From: an uncultured delta proteobacterium
GTDB taxonomy: Bacteria; Desulfobacterota; Binatia; DP-6
Length of the DNA: 64,000 bases
Reading direction: 5' to 3'
Assembly (NCBI GenBank): GCA_963815115.1
Contig: CAWFFN010000007.1
Location: 960,001 to 1,024,000, forward strand
Notes under the pieces: model-generated
The model's database searches: none
What the model was told of the DNA's origin: nothing
What the model saw: the letters and a program-made list of their open reading frames with translations, nothing else
Translations under genes and position numbers: made by a program
Part shown: one piece after another, positions 48,225-59,670 of the stretch
Position numbering within the stretch: position 1 is the first letter of the stretch
Layout: every line of letters begins with the position of its first letter

Positions 48225-51200
48225 TCAGGGCGTCGTGAAGATCACGTCCACCCAGTAGTTCAACGTCCGATACGTGGTCGTCGGGAAGACGCTGGTTGCT
48301 CCGTACGAGAACACGCCGTTCCCGCCCGAGACGCCGTCCGCCAGGGCATGGAGAGGCGCATTGTCCACGCCCTGCCCTGCGAAGAAGTCGAGGTTTCCGC
48401 TGTAGTGCCCGTTCGGTGCGAAATACGACGCCACGTAGGTCGTGTTCGCGGCGATCGCCACGGGGGTGGCGAAGTTCATCTGCTGCCACCCCGAAGCGGA
48501 CTCGCCCGTGAAGTTCACCGTCCCGAGGCGCGTCCCGGCGGCCGACCAGATGCTCCCGACGTGGGTCCCCGTGTTCCCGGGGCTCTTGTAGAAGCGAATT
48601 CCCGTGATGTGCCCGGCGACGTCGGAGCGGAACTTGACGCCCAGCTCCACCGCGGCGGTGTCGCCGCCATCCACGATGGCCGGGACCGGGTTGCCCGGCC
48701 AGATCATCGTGGTCGCCGCGTTGATGGTGATGCCGAGCGCCTTGGTGGTGTTCTGCGCACCCGCGGTCACCCGGACGGTGAAGTTCGACGTGCCGGTCGC
48801 GGTCGGGGTGCCCGAGATCACGCCCGAATTCGCGTTGAGCGTCAGTCCCGCCGGCAGCGTCCCGGTGGCGAGCGCCCACGAGTACGGGGGCGTCCCGCCG
48901 CTGGCCGCCAGCGTCGCCGTGTAGGCGCCTCCCACGGTGCCCGCGGGAAGCGACGTCGTGGTGATGGTCAACGGACCGGCCGCGACCGTGAGCCCGGTGC
49001 TCCCGGTGACCGAACCGAGCGTTGCCGAGATCGTCGTCGTCCCGGTCGACACCGCGGTGGCCAGCCCGCCGGTCGTCACCGTGGCCACCGCCGTGGCCGA
49101 CGACGCGAAGGTCACCTGATTGGTCACGTCGAGCGTGCTCGAGTCCGAGTACGTCGCCGTGGCGGTGAACTGCTGCGTCCCGCCCGTCGTGATCGTCGGG
49201 TTGGCGGGTGTCACCGCGATCGACGTCAGCGTCGGTGGCGGCTGCGGGCTGAACACGACGTCCACCCAGTAGTTCAACGACCGGAAGCTGTTCACCGGGA
49301 AGGTGCTGGTCGCCCCGTACGCGAACACGCCGTTGGGGCCCGACACGCCGGTCATCAGCGCGTGTAACGGGGGAGTATCCACGCCCTGCGTCGCGAAGTA
49401 GTCGAGATTGCCGCTCTCATGAGCGTTGGGAGCGAAGTACGAGGCGACGTAGACCGTGTTCGCCTGGATCGCCACCGGCGTGGAGAAGTTCACCTGCTGC
49501 CAGCCGGTGGGCGTCTCGCCGGTGAAGGTCGCCGTCGCGAGCCGGGTTCCGTTGATCGACCACAGGCTGCCGATGTGGGTGCCCGTGTTCGCGGCGCTCT
49601 TGTAGAAGCGGATCCCGAGGATGGAGCCCGCCGTCTCGGAGCGGAACTTGACGCCCAGCTCCACGGAGGAAGTGTCGCCGCCGTCCACGATCGCCGGCGT
49701 CGGATTGCTCGGCCAGATCGTCACGGTCGGCATGCTGACCGTGATGCTCAGGGGACGCGTGACGGTGTCCTCGCCCGCGCTCACCTCGGCGGTGAAGTTG
49801 AAGGTGCCGACCGCGGTCGGGGTTCCCGAGATCACGCCACTGCTCGCGGTGAGTGTGAGGCCGTCCGGCAGGGCTCCCGCCGCGATCGACCACGTGTAGG
49901 GCGGCATCCCGCCGAGTGCCGACAGGTCCGTGTTGTAGGCCGTGTTCAGGGTCGCCGGGGGCAGCGAGGCCGTGGTGATGGTGAGCGGCCCCGACTGCAC
50001 GGTCAGTCCGGTGCTTCCGTTGACCGAGCCGAGGGTTGCGGTGATGGTCGTCCCACCCGCACCGCCGGCCGTGGCGACGCCCGCTGCGTTGATGGTCGCC
50101 GCCGCCGTGTTCGAGGAGGTCCAGGTCACCTGGTTGGTCAGGTCCTGCGTGGTCACGTCCGAGTACAGCCCGGTGGCCGTGTATTGCTGCGTTCCGCCCA
50201 CCGTCACCGTGGCGTTGCTCGGCGACACCTGGATCGTGGTGAGCGTGGGCGACACGACATTGACGGTGCGCTGCGCCGGGGTGCCGAGGTTGGCGCTGTC
50301 ATCCACCGCGCGCGCGCGAAGGGACGTGGAGCCCACCACGGTGGGCAGCCAGGCATAGGTCCAGGACGTGCGTCCGACCGCGGGATGCCAGGTCACCCCT
50401 CCGTCCGTCGACACCTCGACGCCGCCCACCTGTCCGCCGGTGTCGCTCGCCGTTCCGCTGATGGTCAACGGCTTGCCGTTCGAAACTGTCGCCCCGGCCG
50501 CCGGCGACGTGATGGTCGCCGTGGGCGCGGTGGTGTCGGCCGAGGCCGTGGCCGCGACGAGTCCGGACTGTAGCGAGGTAGGCTGCACGCCCATGTCGGC
50601 GAACAGGTTGACCGTCGCCTGCTGCATGTTCGCGTCGGTCGCGGGTCCGGCGTAGTCGTGCTGCGCGTCCAGGCCCCAGGGCCACTGGATGGTGCCGGCG
50701 CCGAAGACGAGCGAACCGGAGGAGTTCTTGTAAAGGGTGAGATGGTGAGTCGCCGTGCCCGACGCGTATGTCGTGCCGTAGTCCTGCAGGTACTGCACGC
50801 CGGACACGGTCGTGCTCGACATGCGGACGATACCTGCCGGTCGAACGCCGTTGTCGATATCCTCGTCCCACTCGGTACCGAGGACGCCCGTCGGGAGCGT
50901 CGCGGTCTGGCCCGCGGCCAGCGAGGCGATGCTGGTATTGCGCCAGAAGCGCATCTTGCCGTCGGCGGCGGGAACCAGCATCGCGTCGTTGCGGATCCCG
51001 TTGACCGTGAAGAGCGACCCGTTGAGCGCGTTCTCGGGACGGCCGCCGTCGGCCGGCGGGCTGAAGCGCGGGTCGCGCCACGAGCCCGTCCACACGTTCG
51101 GCATGGGATCGATCTTGGCGTTGGCGTGCGTCTCCTTGTAGCAGACCAGCGTGCGGTACGGCGTGTTCGAGCCGTCGATGCTGTTCTCCCAGCGCGTCTT

Positions 51201-54200
51201 CCAGAAGCCGTGGTTGCCGCTGAAGATCGCGATGTGGACGCCGGCGGCGCGCGCCGCCTCGACGTTGGTCCGCTCGCCGCCCGACCAGTACTCGTCGTGG
51301 CCCACGGGCATGTACACGCGGTGCTCCAGCAGCTCGGACCCGCGTCGATCGGTGTCCATCCCGGTCGTGTAGCTGACGTCGTAGCCGTTGCGCTCGAGCC
51401 ACCGGACCATCGGGTACTCGGTGTTGAACAGCCAGCTCTCGGTCGAACCGTTGGGGAACTCGCAGCAGCGCGTGGTGAACGGGCGGTTGTAGCTCACCTT
51501 GTAGGCGCGGCCGACCGGCGAGCCGAAGTAGAGGCTGTTGCCGCCGTAGGTGTTGTAGGCCTGCCAGGTGGTGTCCGAGGTCTGGAACAGCAGGTCGGAG
51601 TGGCCGGCATCGTCACGCACGATGAAGGGGATGTGGCTGGCGCGGCCGTCCTCGGGATCCTGGCGCACCAGCTTGGCGACGTAGATGCCTGAGGTCGCGG
51701 TCGCCGGCACGCTCCACGACGCCGACACCGCCCAGTTGCCGCAGTCGACCAGGCCGGTGGTCACGTCGGAGAGACACGCAGGCTGGCTCTGCGGCAGCGT
51801 CGCCGACGGCTGCACGGTCGCCACCAGACGCGCGCCGAGGCCGCCGTAGTAGCCGAGACGGTAGATGTCGATGCGATAGGTGCTCGAGCCGGTCTGGACC
51901 TTGAAGTCGACCGCCTCCCCCTTGTTCACGCTGATGTCGGTCGCGAAGCCCTGGATGTCGGGGTCACCCGCGCCGCTCACGTCCCACTGGCTGGCCGGGT
52001 TGCCCGGGAGCAGGTTCTCCGCTGCGATCTCGTTCTGCCCGATCGAGACGACCAGGCTCTGGGTCGCCGTCTGCGCTCCCGAGGTCACGCGCACGGTCAC
52101 CGTCGACAGCCCGTTCGCCGTGGGCGTCCCCGAGATCACCCCGGTGCCCGGGGCCAGCGTCAGGCCGGCGGGCAGGGTCCCGCTCGCGATCGACCAGGTA
52201 TACGGCGAGCTCCCGCCGATCGCCGCCAGCGTCGCGCTGTAGGCGGTGTTCTTCACGCCGACCGGGAGCTGCGTCGTCGTGATCGTCACGCCCCCCGGCG
52301 GCTGGACCGTGAGGGTCGTGGTCCCGTTCAGCTCGCCCAGTGCGCCGGTGATGGTCGTCGTCCCCTGGCTCACGGCCGTCGCGCGGCCCGTGCCGTTGAT
52401 CGTCGCGATCGCGGGGCTCGCGGAGGTCCACGTCACCTGCGTGGTCAGGTCCTGGGTGCTCTGGTCGGAGTACGTGCCGGTGGCCGTGAACTGCTGCGTC
52501 CCGCCGATGCCCACCGCCGGATCGGCCGGCGTCACCGCGATCGACGTCAGCTGCGCGGTCGCCTGCGCGCTGAACACCACGTCGACCCAGTAGTTCAGGG
52601 AGCGATAGGTGCTGTTGGGGAAGACGCTGGCGGCGCCGTAGGCGTACACGCCGTTGCCGCCCGATGCCGCGTCCGCCAGGGCGTGCAGCGGCGGGTTGTC
52701 GAGCTGTTCCACGAAGTAGTCGAAGTTGCCGCTGTAGTGACCGTTGGGGGCGAAGTACGACGCGACGTAGGTGGTGTTCGCAGCGATCGCCACCGGCGTG
52801 GCGAAGTTCACCTGCTGCCATCCCGAGGCCGTCTCGGCGGTGAAGGTCACCGTGGCGAGGCGCGTGCCGGTGCTCGACCACAGGTTGCCGATATGGGCGC
52901 CCGTGTTGCCCGCGCTCTTGTAGAAGCGCAGGCCCGAGACGAAGCCGGGCACCTCGGAACGGAACTTGACGCCCAGCTCGACCGGGAGCGTATCGCCGCC
53001 GTCCACGATGTCCGGCGTCGGGGTGTTCGTCCACAGCGTGTAGCCGCCGGCCGGCGCCTCGCAGGCGTCCGTGGTCGCGTTGCAGGTCTGGCCCACCGGG
53101 CACGACGACGTGCTGACGCACACGCCGTTGGTGCAGAGATCCGCCGTGCAGGCGATGCCGTCGGTGCACGGCGCCGTATTGTTCTGGAAGACGCAGCCGG
53201 TGACGGCGTCACAGGAGTCGTCCGTGCAGGGGTTGCCGTCGTTGCAGACAGGCGGGGTGCCCGAAATGCAGGTGCCCGCCTGGCACGTCTCGACGCCGTT
53301 GCAGGCGTTGCCGTCGGTGCAGCTCGTACCGTTCGGCGCCTTCACGTCCGTCGGGCAGGCGCCGCTGGAGCCGGTGCAGGCCTCCGCGATGTCGCAGGGG
53401 CTCGCCGGTCCCCGGCACACCGTGCCGGCGGCGACGAACGTGTCGGTCGGGCAGGCCGGGCTGGAGCCGGTGCAGCTCTCGGCCTGATCGCACACGCCCG
53501 ACGCCGGGCGGCACAGCGCGCCGGCCACGGCGAGGACGTCGGCCGGGCAGGTGGCGCTGGAGCCGGTGCAGGTCTCGGCGACGTCGCAGAGGCCGGCGGC
53601 CGGCCGGCAGACTGCCCCTGCTCCCGCGAACTGGCAGCCGCCGGTGCAGCAGGCGCCGCCGTCACAGGCTTCGCCCGGATCGATCTGGCCGTTGCCGCAC
53701 TGGCCGGTCGCGCTCACGATCACCGTCGCGCTCTGCGAGGCGGTACCGTTGCGCTGATCGGTCACGGTGAGGGTCGCCGTGTAGGTTCCCGCGCTGGCAT
53801 AGGTGTGCGCCGGATCGGCCTGCGTCGAGTTGCCACCGTCCCCGAAGTCCCAGCCGTAGGTGAGCGTGGTGAACTCGGGGTCGGACGACCCCGAGCCCGT
53901 GAACTGCACGGCCAGCGGCGCGACGCCGCCCAGCGGATTGGCCGACACCACCGCGACCGGTGGCTGGTTCACGTACTGCGCGGTGTAGGTGGCCGGGGCC
54001 GTCCCGACCAGGAAGTCGTGCGAGGTCCCGGTCACCCCGTCGGCCCACTTGAAGAACGTGAGCCCGCCCTGGATCGGCTCGACCGAGACCGTGTCCTCGG
54101 ATCCCACCACGGGGTGGGCGAGCAGCGGCGACGCCTGCGTGAGGCCTTCGTTCTCGTAGTTGACCAGGAGGCCGATGGGATCGGTGGTGAGCGTGATGAG

Positions 54201-56270
54201 CGTGGTCTGCGGGAAGATGTTCACGCACTGGGTATCGGTGAGCGTCTGGTCGACGGTGGCCGTCACGCAGATCTCGTAGTGCGTGTTGTCACCGTGCTGG
54301 ATGACGTCGAACGTGCCGCCCGAGCCGCCGGGAAGGAGATTGAAGTGGATGTGCTCGTTGTGATGGAGGCGCAGCTCCCAGGTGAGTTGTGACGGATCGA
54401 CGGGCTGCCCGCCGGTCGTGGCGAACCCGGCGTAGGTGATCACGTCGCCGATCTGGTACGTGCTGCCGTCCACCGGTGACGTGATGTGCGCGAGCGGGGG
54501 CTCGTTGCCCACGGTGACCACCACGGTGGTGCTCCGCGTCGCGAAGGGCGTCGACTGCTCGGTGAGGGTCAAGGTGGCGGTGTACACGCCGGACGCGGTG
54601 TAGGTGTAGGTCGGATTCTGCTGGGTCGAGGTGCCGACGCCGTCACCGAAATCCCAGCCGTAGGAGAGCAGCTGCCCATCGGGATCGAACGACCCCACGC
54701 TGGAGAACGCGACGGTGAGCGGTGCCGTACCGATGGTGGGCGTGGCGTTGGCCACGGCCGTGGGCGGCGTGTTCCCCGCACCGACGTAGCGAATGCGGCG
54801 CACCTGGCTGCCCGACCCGTTGAGCACCACGACGTAGAGGTTGCTGTCGGGGCCGTTCAGCACCTGCACCATGCCGGCGCTGTTCTCCTTGCCGAAGTTG
54901 TTGACCGTCGCTTTCCCCTGGGCGTCGAACGTGAGGTAGCGGATCCACTGCCGGTTGTAGTCGAGGATGAACTCGGCGTTCTGGAACTGGGGCGGGTAGA
55001 CCGTGCCACGGTAGAAGGTCCCGCCGTTGGCCGAGGCGCCGCCGGCGGTGCCGGTGCCGTCGACGTGGCTGTGGTCGTACGAGAAGATCGGCGCCTTCAC
55101 CGCGCCCGGACCCTGCGAGTAGAGCGCGTTGCACGACGTGCTGGTGCTGCCGTCGTTGCCGTAGCTGCCCTGGCGCAAGCTGGTCGTCACACCGCTCTCG
55201 GCCGGCGCCGGATTGCCCGCGGCACCGCCTTCGTAGCAGGGCCAGCCGAAGTTGGCGCCCTTGCCGGTGTTGATCTCCTCCCACGTGTTCCAGCCCACGT
55301 CGCCGATGTAGACCTCGTTGGTGACCGGGTGGACCGTGAAGCGGAAGGGGTTGCGCAGGCCCATCGCGTAGACCTTGGAACGGTTACACGTCGGGCAGGT
55401 GGCATCGTAGAACGGGTTGTCGGGCAAGCCCAGGCCGGTCGCTGGATCGATCCGCATGATCTTGCCCGCCAGGCTGTTGACGTTCTGCGAGCGGAGCGCG
55501 CGGGGATCGACCGCGGTGTAGTTGGAGCCATCGCCGCTGCCGACGAAGAGCGAGCCGTCGTTGCCGAACATGACGGTGCCGATCGAGTGCGAGTCCTCGT
55601 CGGAGGGGATGCAGTTGTCGATCGGGGCACCGGCCATGGTGAGGCCGGTCATGCACGACGCCTTGGTGGTGTCGCGGCCGTCGTTCGGGTTGCCGATGTT
55701 GGCGGCCGTGCTGTTCGTGCCGAGCAGGATGACGTGTCCGGGACCACCGGGCACGGTCTGCGTCTGGTCGCTCCCGGGCAGCGCCACGTTGTAGCCCTGC
55801 GCGGGATCGGCCTCGACGCGAATCAGGCGAGAGACGCGAGCGCCGATCGCGATGTTGGAGAACCCTGGCGGGTTCCAGGTGAACAGCAGGTAGACGTACG
55901 GCGTGTGGGGAAAATCGGGATGGATCGCGACGCCCAGCAGACCGCGGTCGTTCGAGTTCGAGACCTGCGAGGTGATGTCGAGGAACGGGGTCGGGAGCAG
56001 CGTACCGTTCTGGTACACCCGCACCACCCCGCCCTTCAGCGTGATGAACATCCGGCCGTCGGGCGCGAAGGCGATGCCCGTTGCGAACGGCAGATTGCTC
56101 GCGACGACGTCCTCGACGAAGCCGGACGGCGTGAAGGTCAGGATCGCATCCGACGGTGCCGGCTTGGCGATGACGGCCAGGCCGGTGATCAGCGCCACGG
56201 CCCAGCCCCAGAAGCGGCTCGGGCGGCGACGGCCGATCGACGACCGGCGGGAGTCACACTTGACGTTCAT
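48225..56270 (-). CDS. Giant secreted multidomain protein (about 2,680 aa): GSDH, PKD x2, disintegrin-like repeats, DUF4082 x3, Big_2/He_PIG Ig repeats, dimethylformamidase-beta-like domain
   Basis: AAAGGAA RBS before GTG/ATG at 56273/56270; signal peptide ending PSDA; motifs [28 protein letters not shown] x3, [14 protein letters not shown]. Confidence 0.9.
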   Translation of the reverse strand: MNVKCDSRRSSIGRRRPSRFWGWAVALITGLAVIAKPAPSDAILTFTPSGFVEDVVASNLPFATGIAFAPDGRMFITLKGGVVRVYQNGTLLPTPFLDITSQVSNSNDRGLLGVAIHPDFPHTPYVYLLFTWNPPGFSNIAIGARVSRLIRVEADPAQGYNVALPGSDQTQTVPGGPGHVILLGTNSTAANIGNPNDGRDTTKASCMTGLTMAGAPIDNCIPSDEDSHSIGTVMFGNDGSLFVGSGDGSNYTAVDPRALRSQNVNSLAGKIMRIDPATGLGLPDNPFYDATCPTCNRSKVYAMGLRNPFRFTVHPVTNEVYIGDVGWNTWEEINTGKGANFGWPCYEGGAAGNPAPAESGVTTSLRQGSYGNDGSTSTSCNALYSQGPGAVKAPIFSYDHSHVDGTGTAGGASANGGTFYRGTVYPPQFQNAEFILDYNRQWIRYLTFDAQGKATVNNFGKENSAGMVQVLNGPDSNLYVVVLNGSGSQVRRIRYVGAGNTPPTAVANATPTIGTAPLTVAFSSVGSFDPDGQLLSYGWDFGDGVGTSTQQNPTYTYTASGVYTATLTLTEQSTPFATRSTTVVVTVGNEPPLAHITSPVDGSTYQIGDVITYAGFATTGGQPVDPSQLTWELRLHHNEHIHFNLLPGGSGGTFDVIQHGDNTHYEICVTATVDQTLTDTQCVNIFPQTTLITLTTDPIGLLVNYENEGLTQASPLLAHPVVGSEDTVSVEPIQGGLTFFKWADGVTGTSHDFLVGTAPATYTAQYVNQPPVAVVSANPLGGVAPLAVQFTGSGSSDPEFTTLTYGWDFGDGGNSTQADPAHTYASAGTYTATLTVTDQRNGTASQSATVIVSATGQCGNGQIDPGEACDGGACCTGGCQFAGAGAVCRPAAGLCDVAETCTGSSATCPADVLAVAGALCRPASGVCDQAESCTGSSPACPTDTFVAAGTVCRGPASPCDIAEACTGSSGACPTDVKAPNGTSCTDGNACNGVETCQAGTCISGTPPVCNDGNPCTDDSCDAVTGCVFQNNTAPCTDGIACTADLCTNGVCVSTSSCPVGQTCNATTDACEAPAGGYTLWTNTPTPDIVDGGDTLPVELGVKFRSEVPGFVSGLRFYKSAGNTGAHIGNLWSSTGTRLATVTFTAETASGWQQVNFATPVAIAANTTYVASYFAPNGHYSGNFDYFVEQLDNPPLHALADAASGGNGVYAYGAASVFPNSTYRSLNYWVDVVFSAQATAQLTSIAVTPADPAVGIGGTQQFTATGTYSDQSTQDLTTQVTWTSASPAIATINGTGRATAVSQGTTTITGALGELNGTTTLTVQPPGGVTITTTQLPVGVKNTAYSATLAAIGGSSPYTWSIASGTLPAGLTLAPGTGVISGTPTANGLSTVTVRVTSGAQTATQSLVVSIGQNEIAAENLLPGNPASQWDVSGAGDPDIQGFATDISVNKGEAVDFKVQTGSSTYRIDIYRLGYYGGLGARLVATVQPSATLPQSQPACLSDVTTGLVDCGNWAVSASWSVPATATSGIYVAKLVRQDPEDGRASHIPFIVRDDAGHSDLLFQTSDTTWQAYNTYGGNSLYFGSPVGRAYKVSYNRPFTTRCCEFPNGSTESWLFNTEYPMVRWLERNGYDVSYTTGMDTDRRGSELLEHRVYMPVGHDEYWSGGERTNVEAARAAGVHIAIFSGNHGFWKTRWENSIDGSNTPYRTLVCYKETHANAKIDPMPNVWTGSWRDPRFSPPADGGRPENALNGSLFTVNGIRNDAMLVPAADGKMRFWRNTSIASLAAGQTATLPTGVLGTEWDEDIDNGVRPAGIVRMSSTTVSGVQYLQDYGTTYASGTATHHLTLYKNSSGSLVFGAGTIQWPWGLDAQHDYAGPATDANMQQATVNLFADMGVQPTSLQSGLVAATASADTTAPTATITSPAAGATVSNGKPLTISGTASDTGGQVGGVEVSTDGGVTWHPAVGRTSWTYAWLPTVVGSTSLRARAVDDSANLGTPAQRTVNVVSPTLTTIQVSPSNATVTVGGTQQYTATGLYSDVTTQDLTNQVTWTSSNTAAATINAAGVATAGGAGGTTITATLGSVNGSTGLTVQSGPLTITTASLPPATLNTAYNTDLSALGGMPPYTWSIAAGALPDGLTLTASSGVISGTPTAVGTFNFTAEVSAGEDTVTRPLSITVSMPTVTIWPSNPTPAIVDGGDTSSVELGVKFRSETAGSILGIRFYKSAANTGTHIGSLWSINGTRLATATFTGETPTGWQQVNFSTPVAIQANTVYVASYFAPNAHESGNLDYFATQGVDTPPLHALMTGVSGPNGVFAYGATSTFPVNSFRSLNYWVDVVFSPQPPPTLTSIAVTPANPTITTGGTQQFTATATYSDSSTLDVTNQVTFASSATAVATVTTGGLATAVSTGTTTISATLGSVTGSTGLTVAAGPLTITTTSLPAGTVGGAYTATLAASGGTPPYSWALATGTLPAGLTLNANSGVISGTPTATGTSNFTVRVTAGAQNTTKALGITINAATTMIWPGNPVPAIVDGGDTAAVELGVKFRSDVAGHITGIRFYKSPGNTGTHVGSIWSAAGTRLGTVNFTGESASGWQQMNFATPVAIAANTTYVASYFAPNGHYSGNLDFFAGQGVDNAPLHALADGVSGGNGVFSYGATSVFPTTTYRTLNYWVDVIFTTP

Positions 56271-56487
56271 CACGGCAGGATTCCTTTCATTCATCAACGA
56301 CTGACTTGCGCACCCCGAAAGAAGCCCCTGGCAGGCCGTGCAGACTCCCGGTGTCCGATTGGCATAAGGGACGGACCGAACTCCGCTTCCGGGTCGCCCT
56401 GTCCTTGGCTCATCGGAGGCCCGTTCCCTCCCCGGGACAGTCCTGACGAGAGTCGATGCTCGATCGAGCCCCGCATTCACGCAGTGC

Positions 56488-56503
56488 AGCAAGGCGTGTG
56501 CCG
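56488..56503 (-). promoter_or_regulatory. Sigma54 (-24/-12) promoter of the giant protein gene
   Basis: CGGCAC-ACGCC-TTGCT on the minus strand with an AT-rich tract immediately upstream. Confidence 0.68.
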
Positions 56504-56853
56504 GCAAAAGCCTTATTGAATGGCGGCGTTGCCAGTGCATACGCGCATGATTGATCCGCAGCACCGCGTTTCCGCCAGGGATGGGCCCCGCCACCGTCAC
56601 GGCAGGGTTGGCAGCGGACACCGCCACTGCCATAGACAGCCCCTCACCGGGGACGGTATGAGGGCCCCGCTCCGCGGCTCGCATGCCGGGGAGCACGTGG
56701 CGCAATCACCCTCACCCGAGTGCTCGAACCCTCGATTTCCTCGCTCGGTCCCAGCCAGCCGAGCGACCGCGCGGCCCGGCGAATCGCCCCGGCAGCGATG
56801 GCCGCCGACCAGGCGGGGCCGGGGCGGGCCCCGGTCGCGGGGGGCACCTGACG

Positions 56854-58347
56854 ATGTCGCGCACCACCGCTCGCGCCCTCGTCGCCGGAGCCTTCGCGCT
56901 CTACGTCCTGCTTCACCTCGTCACCGTCGCGCGCTCGCACATTCCCTGGTTCGACGACACGTTCTTCGCCAGCATCGGCGAGACGCTGCGAAGGACCGGC
57001 GAGTTCAGGCTGACCGTCTCGCCGCTCTGGTTCCCCAAGCCCGTCTACCTCTACGGTCCCATCTACTTCCTCCTGGTCGCCGGTTCGTTCGCCACGCTCG
57101 GCTTCGGCGTGCTGCAGTACCGCCTGACCGGCCTCGTCGCCGCCTTCGTCCTGCTCGCCGTCGCCTACCGCATTCTCCAGCGCGAGGGCGTCGAGCGACG
57201 CATCGCCCTCGGGGCGTGCGTGCTCATGGCGCTGGACCCGATCCTCCTGGAGATCCTCCGCATCGGCCGGATGGACCTCCTGGCGCTCCTCTTCGTCCTG
57301 CTCGCCTACCTGCTGTTGGTGGACGCGAGACAGACCACGGGACGCGCGGCCCTGCTGTATGCCGCCGGCTCGGGTGCCCTCGCGTCCCTCGCGGTCCTGA
57401 CGACCCCGCGACCGGGCTACGCCCTCGTCCCGCTGGGGCTCATCCTGCTACATCGGTGCTGGACCGGCCCGATCGGGTCGCGCGTGGCCCAGCTGCTCGC
57501 CTGGGGGGCTGGCTTCGTCCCGCTGTGCATCGTCTGGCTGGTCTACGCTTTCGGCAGCCTGCCGGGACTCCTCGCCTACTTCTCGGAATTCGCCGACACC
57601 TATGCGGGTACGGGCCTCGCGACCGTCTCGATCCAGAAGCCGATTCTCGCGATCCTGCTCGTCCTGACGCTGCTCACGCTGTTCAGGGATCCGCGCCGCC
57701 TGCTGAACGAGCTCCCGGTCTTCCTCGGACTGGGGATCGTGCTCTTCTTCCTGTTCGTCAAGAACAAGGGAACCTTCGGAGGCGGCTACGCGATCCTCCT
57801 CATCCCGTTCGAGTACATGGCGCTGGGCTGGCTGATCGCGAATTGCCCTCCCCTCTCGGGCCCACGGTCCCGTCGAGCCGTCCAGGCCACCTCGTTCGTC
57901 CTGCTGCTCCTGCTGAACGGCGGCGCGTTCCTGGCGATCGTCGCATCGGACTTTCTGCTCTGGCCCGCTCTCGACCCGAGCGCGGCCCAGAGCCTGATCG
58001 TCGAGAAGATCCCGCCCGGATCGAAGGTGGTGGGCGACGACAAGTTCTACTTTCTCGTGACCCGCGCCGGTTCCGACTTCCAGTACCTCGAGCGGGGCGG
58101 GACGGTCGCCGAACGGGTGAGCTATCACAAGGACACGTTCGGCTTCGACTACGTCGTCACGGCCCTGGACGAGAGCTCGGAGATCCTGAGCGCCTACCTC
58201 GCCGCCACGAATCTCGTGAAGGTGGGCACCATCGATCACCCGAGCGTCAGCGCGCTGACCAGGTACCCGCTGTTCGCCCGCGGCAAGTTCATGCTCTGGG
58301 TCTTCACCACCAACTACGGCGGGACGCTCTACAAGCGGGTCCGTTGA
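56854..58347 (+). CDS. ArnT/PMT-like (GT83/GT39) GT-C glycosyltransferase
   Basis: PWFDD after TM1, YGPIY, RIGRMD, TTPRP; polytopic with a C-terminal periplasmic domain. Confidence 0.8.
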   Translation: MSRTTARALVAGAFALYVLLHLVTVARSHIPWFDDTFFASIGETLRRTGEFRLTVSPLWFPKPVYLYGPIYFLLVAGSFATLGFGVLQYRLTGLVAAFVLLAVAYRILQREGVERRIALGACVLMALDPILLEILRIGRMDLLALLFVLLAYLLLVDARQTTGRAALLYAAGSGALASLAVLTTPRPGYALVPLGLILLHRCWTGPIGSRVAQLLAWGAGFVPLCIVWLVYAFGSLPGLLAYFSEFADTYAGTGLATVSIQKPILAILLVLTLLTLFRDPRRLLNELPVFLGLGIVLFFLFVKNKGTFGGGYAILLIPFEYMALGWLIANCPPLSGPRSRRAVQATSFVLLLLLNGGAFLAIVASDFLLWPALDPSAAQSLIVEKIPPGSKVVGDDKFYFLVTRAGSDFQYLERGGTVAERVSYHKDTFGFDYVVTALDESSEILSAYLAATNLVKVGTIDHPSVSALTRYPLFARGKFMLWVFTTNYGGTLYKRVR

Positions 58348-58360
58348 CCGCGTCCGACCG

Positions 58361-59596
58361 TCACAGCCTGGACGGAGTCAGCCCTCGCCGAGCTCCGAGT
58401 CCGATGCCCGCCGTTCCCCGCCTGAGGCTCATGGCCATGAGCCAGCCCACGGCCACGCACAGCGCGAGGACGCGAAGATGGAGCAGGAGCGGACTGACAT
58501 AGGGTTCGAGCAGGCTGTTCGGCAGGGTCACGATCAGCATCAGGCCGAGCGCCAGCACCGATGCAGCGGCTCGTTCGTGCACGTGGCGCCAGAACGCCGG
58601 GATGAGGGGGATCAGGGCGGCGATGTCGTAGCCGTGGGCGAAGCCGAAGAGCAGCGACATGCCGACCAGGATGGGCAGCACGTCGTCGTCGACGACGCTG
58701 GCCCGCGACCACCAGAACCACCCGAGGATGAGCAACGCCAGCGGCAGGAGGACCGGTGCGTCGACTCCCGCCACGAAGAGCAGGTTGCGCAGCCCGAAGA
58801 CCATTCGCGATCCGAGGGTGTTGTACGAACCGGCGCTGTATCGCCACGCCGCAGCGGACCAGTCCGACATCAGCTGAACGGGGCCGCTGATGAGGAGCGG
58901 CACCGCGGCCAGCGCCGCGACGCCCAGCGCGGCGGCCGCGAGCACCCGCCACCGGCGTTCGAGGACCAGCCACAGCATCGGGAGCGCACTCACCTGCGGC
59001 TTGATGGTGGCGATGGCGAGGAGCAAACCGCCGATCAGCCATCGATCGCGCCGGGCCAGGCGCCAGCCCAGCATGAGCGCCAGGATCACGATGAGCGTCG
59101 TCTGGCCGGCCCAGATGACGAACGCGGTGGACGGGTTGCCGAGGACGAGGGCGGGGATCGCCCACCACGCCGCATCCCCGAGTCCTGCCCGGCTGCGGCG
59201 TCCCGGATCGCGGGCGCATCGCAGGCTGAGGGCGGCGAGCCCCAGGGCCGCGGCGAGGTTGAGGCCGGTCATGAGCGCCCGGGCACCGACCGGCGACCAC
59301 GCCGCGAGCAGCATGCATAGGGGCGCGATCTGCGGCGGGTAGGCGAAGTCGTAGCGCGCGACCGCTTCCGCGAGCCACGGGTCGGCGGGATGCACCGACC
59401 CCGGCACGTAGGCGTTGAGGCCCTCGCGCCAGTAGAGCCCCGCCAGGTACAGGAAGCGCATATCCAGATTGGTCTGCGCCAGTCCGCCGTGTCCCGCCCC
59501 GAAGAGGCCGAGGGCGACCGTCACGCCGACGGCGCACAGGAGGATCACCGACCCGAAGCGCGGGTCATGCATGCGCGAATGTCGAACCGACGTCAT
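58361..59596 (-). CDS. GT87/DUF2029 family GT-C glycosyltransferase (paralog 2)
   Basis: LDMRFL...GLNAY, FAYPP, WAGQ, TIKPQ, HGYD. Confidence 0.83.
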   Translation of the reverse strand: MTSVRHSRMHDPRFGSVILLCAVGVTVALGLFGAGHGGLAQTNLDMRFLYLAGLYWREGLNAYVPGSVHPADPWLAEAVARYDFAYPPQIAPLCMLLAAWSPVGARALMTGLNLAAALGLAALSLRCARDPGRRSRAGLGDAAWWAIPALVLGNPSTAFVIWAGQTTLIVILALMLGWRLARRDRWLIGGLLLAIATIKPQVSALPMLWLVLERRWRVLAAAALGVAALAAVPLLISGPVQLMSDWSAAAWRYSAGSYNTLGSRMVFGLRNLLFVAGVDAPVLLPLALLILGWFWWSRASVVDDDVLPILVGMSLLFGFAHGYDIAALIPLIPAFWRHVHERAAASVLALGLMLIVTLPNSLLEPYVSPLLLHLRVLALCVAVGWLMAMSLRRGTAGIGLGARRGLTPSRL

Positions 59597-59670
59597 GCTC
59601 CTCGAACGGCACCCTGACGCTCGCGCTGCTGCCGGCGAGCGCGCAGGGATCACGCTGAGCGTGGTGCTCT

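Noticed and set aside
50560-52035. Dimethylformamide degradation pathway
   Set aside because: The domain is embedded in a secreted multidomain protein; no small subunit or methylamine genes nearby.
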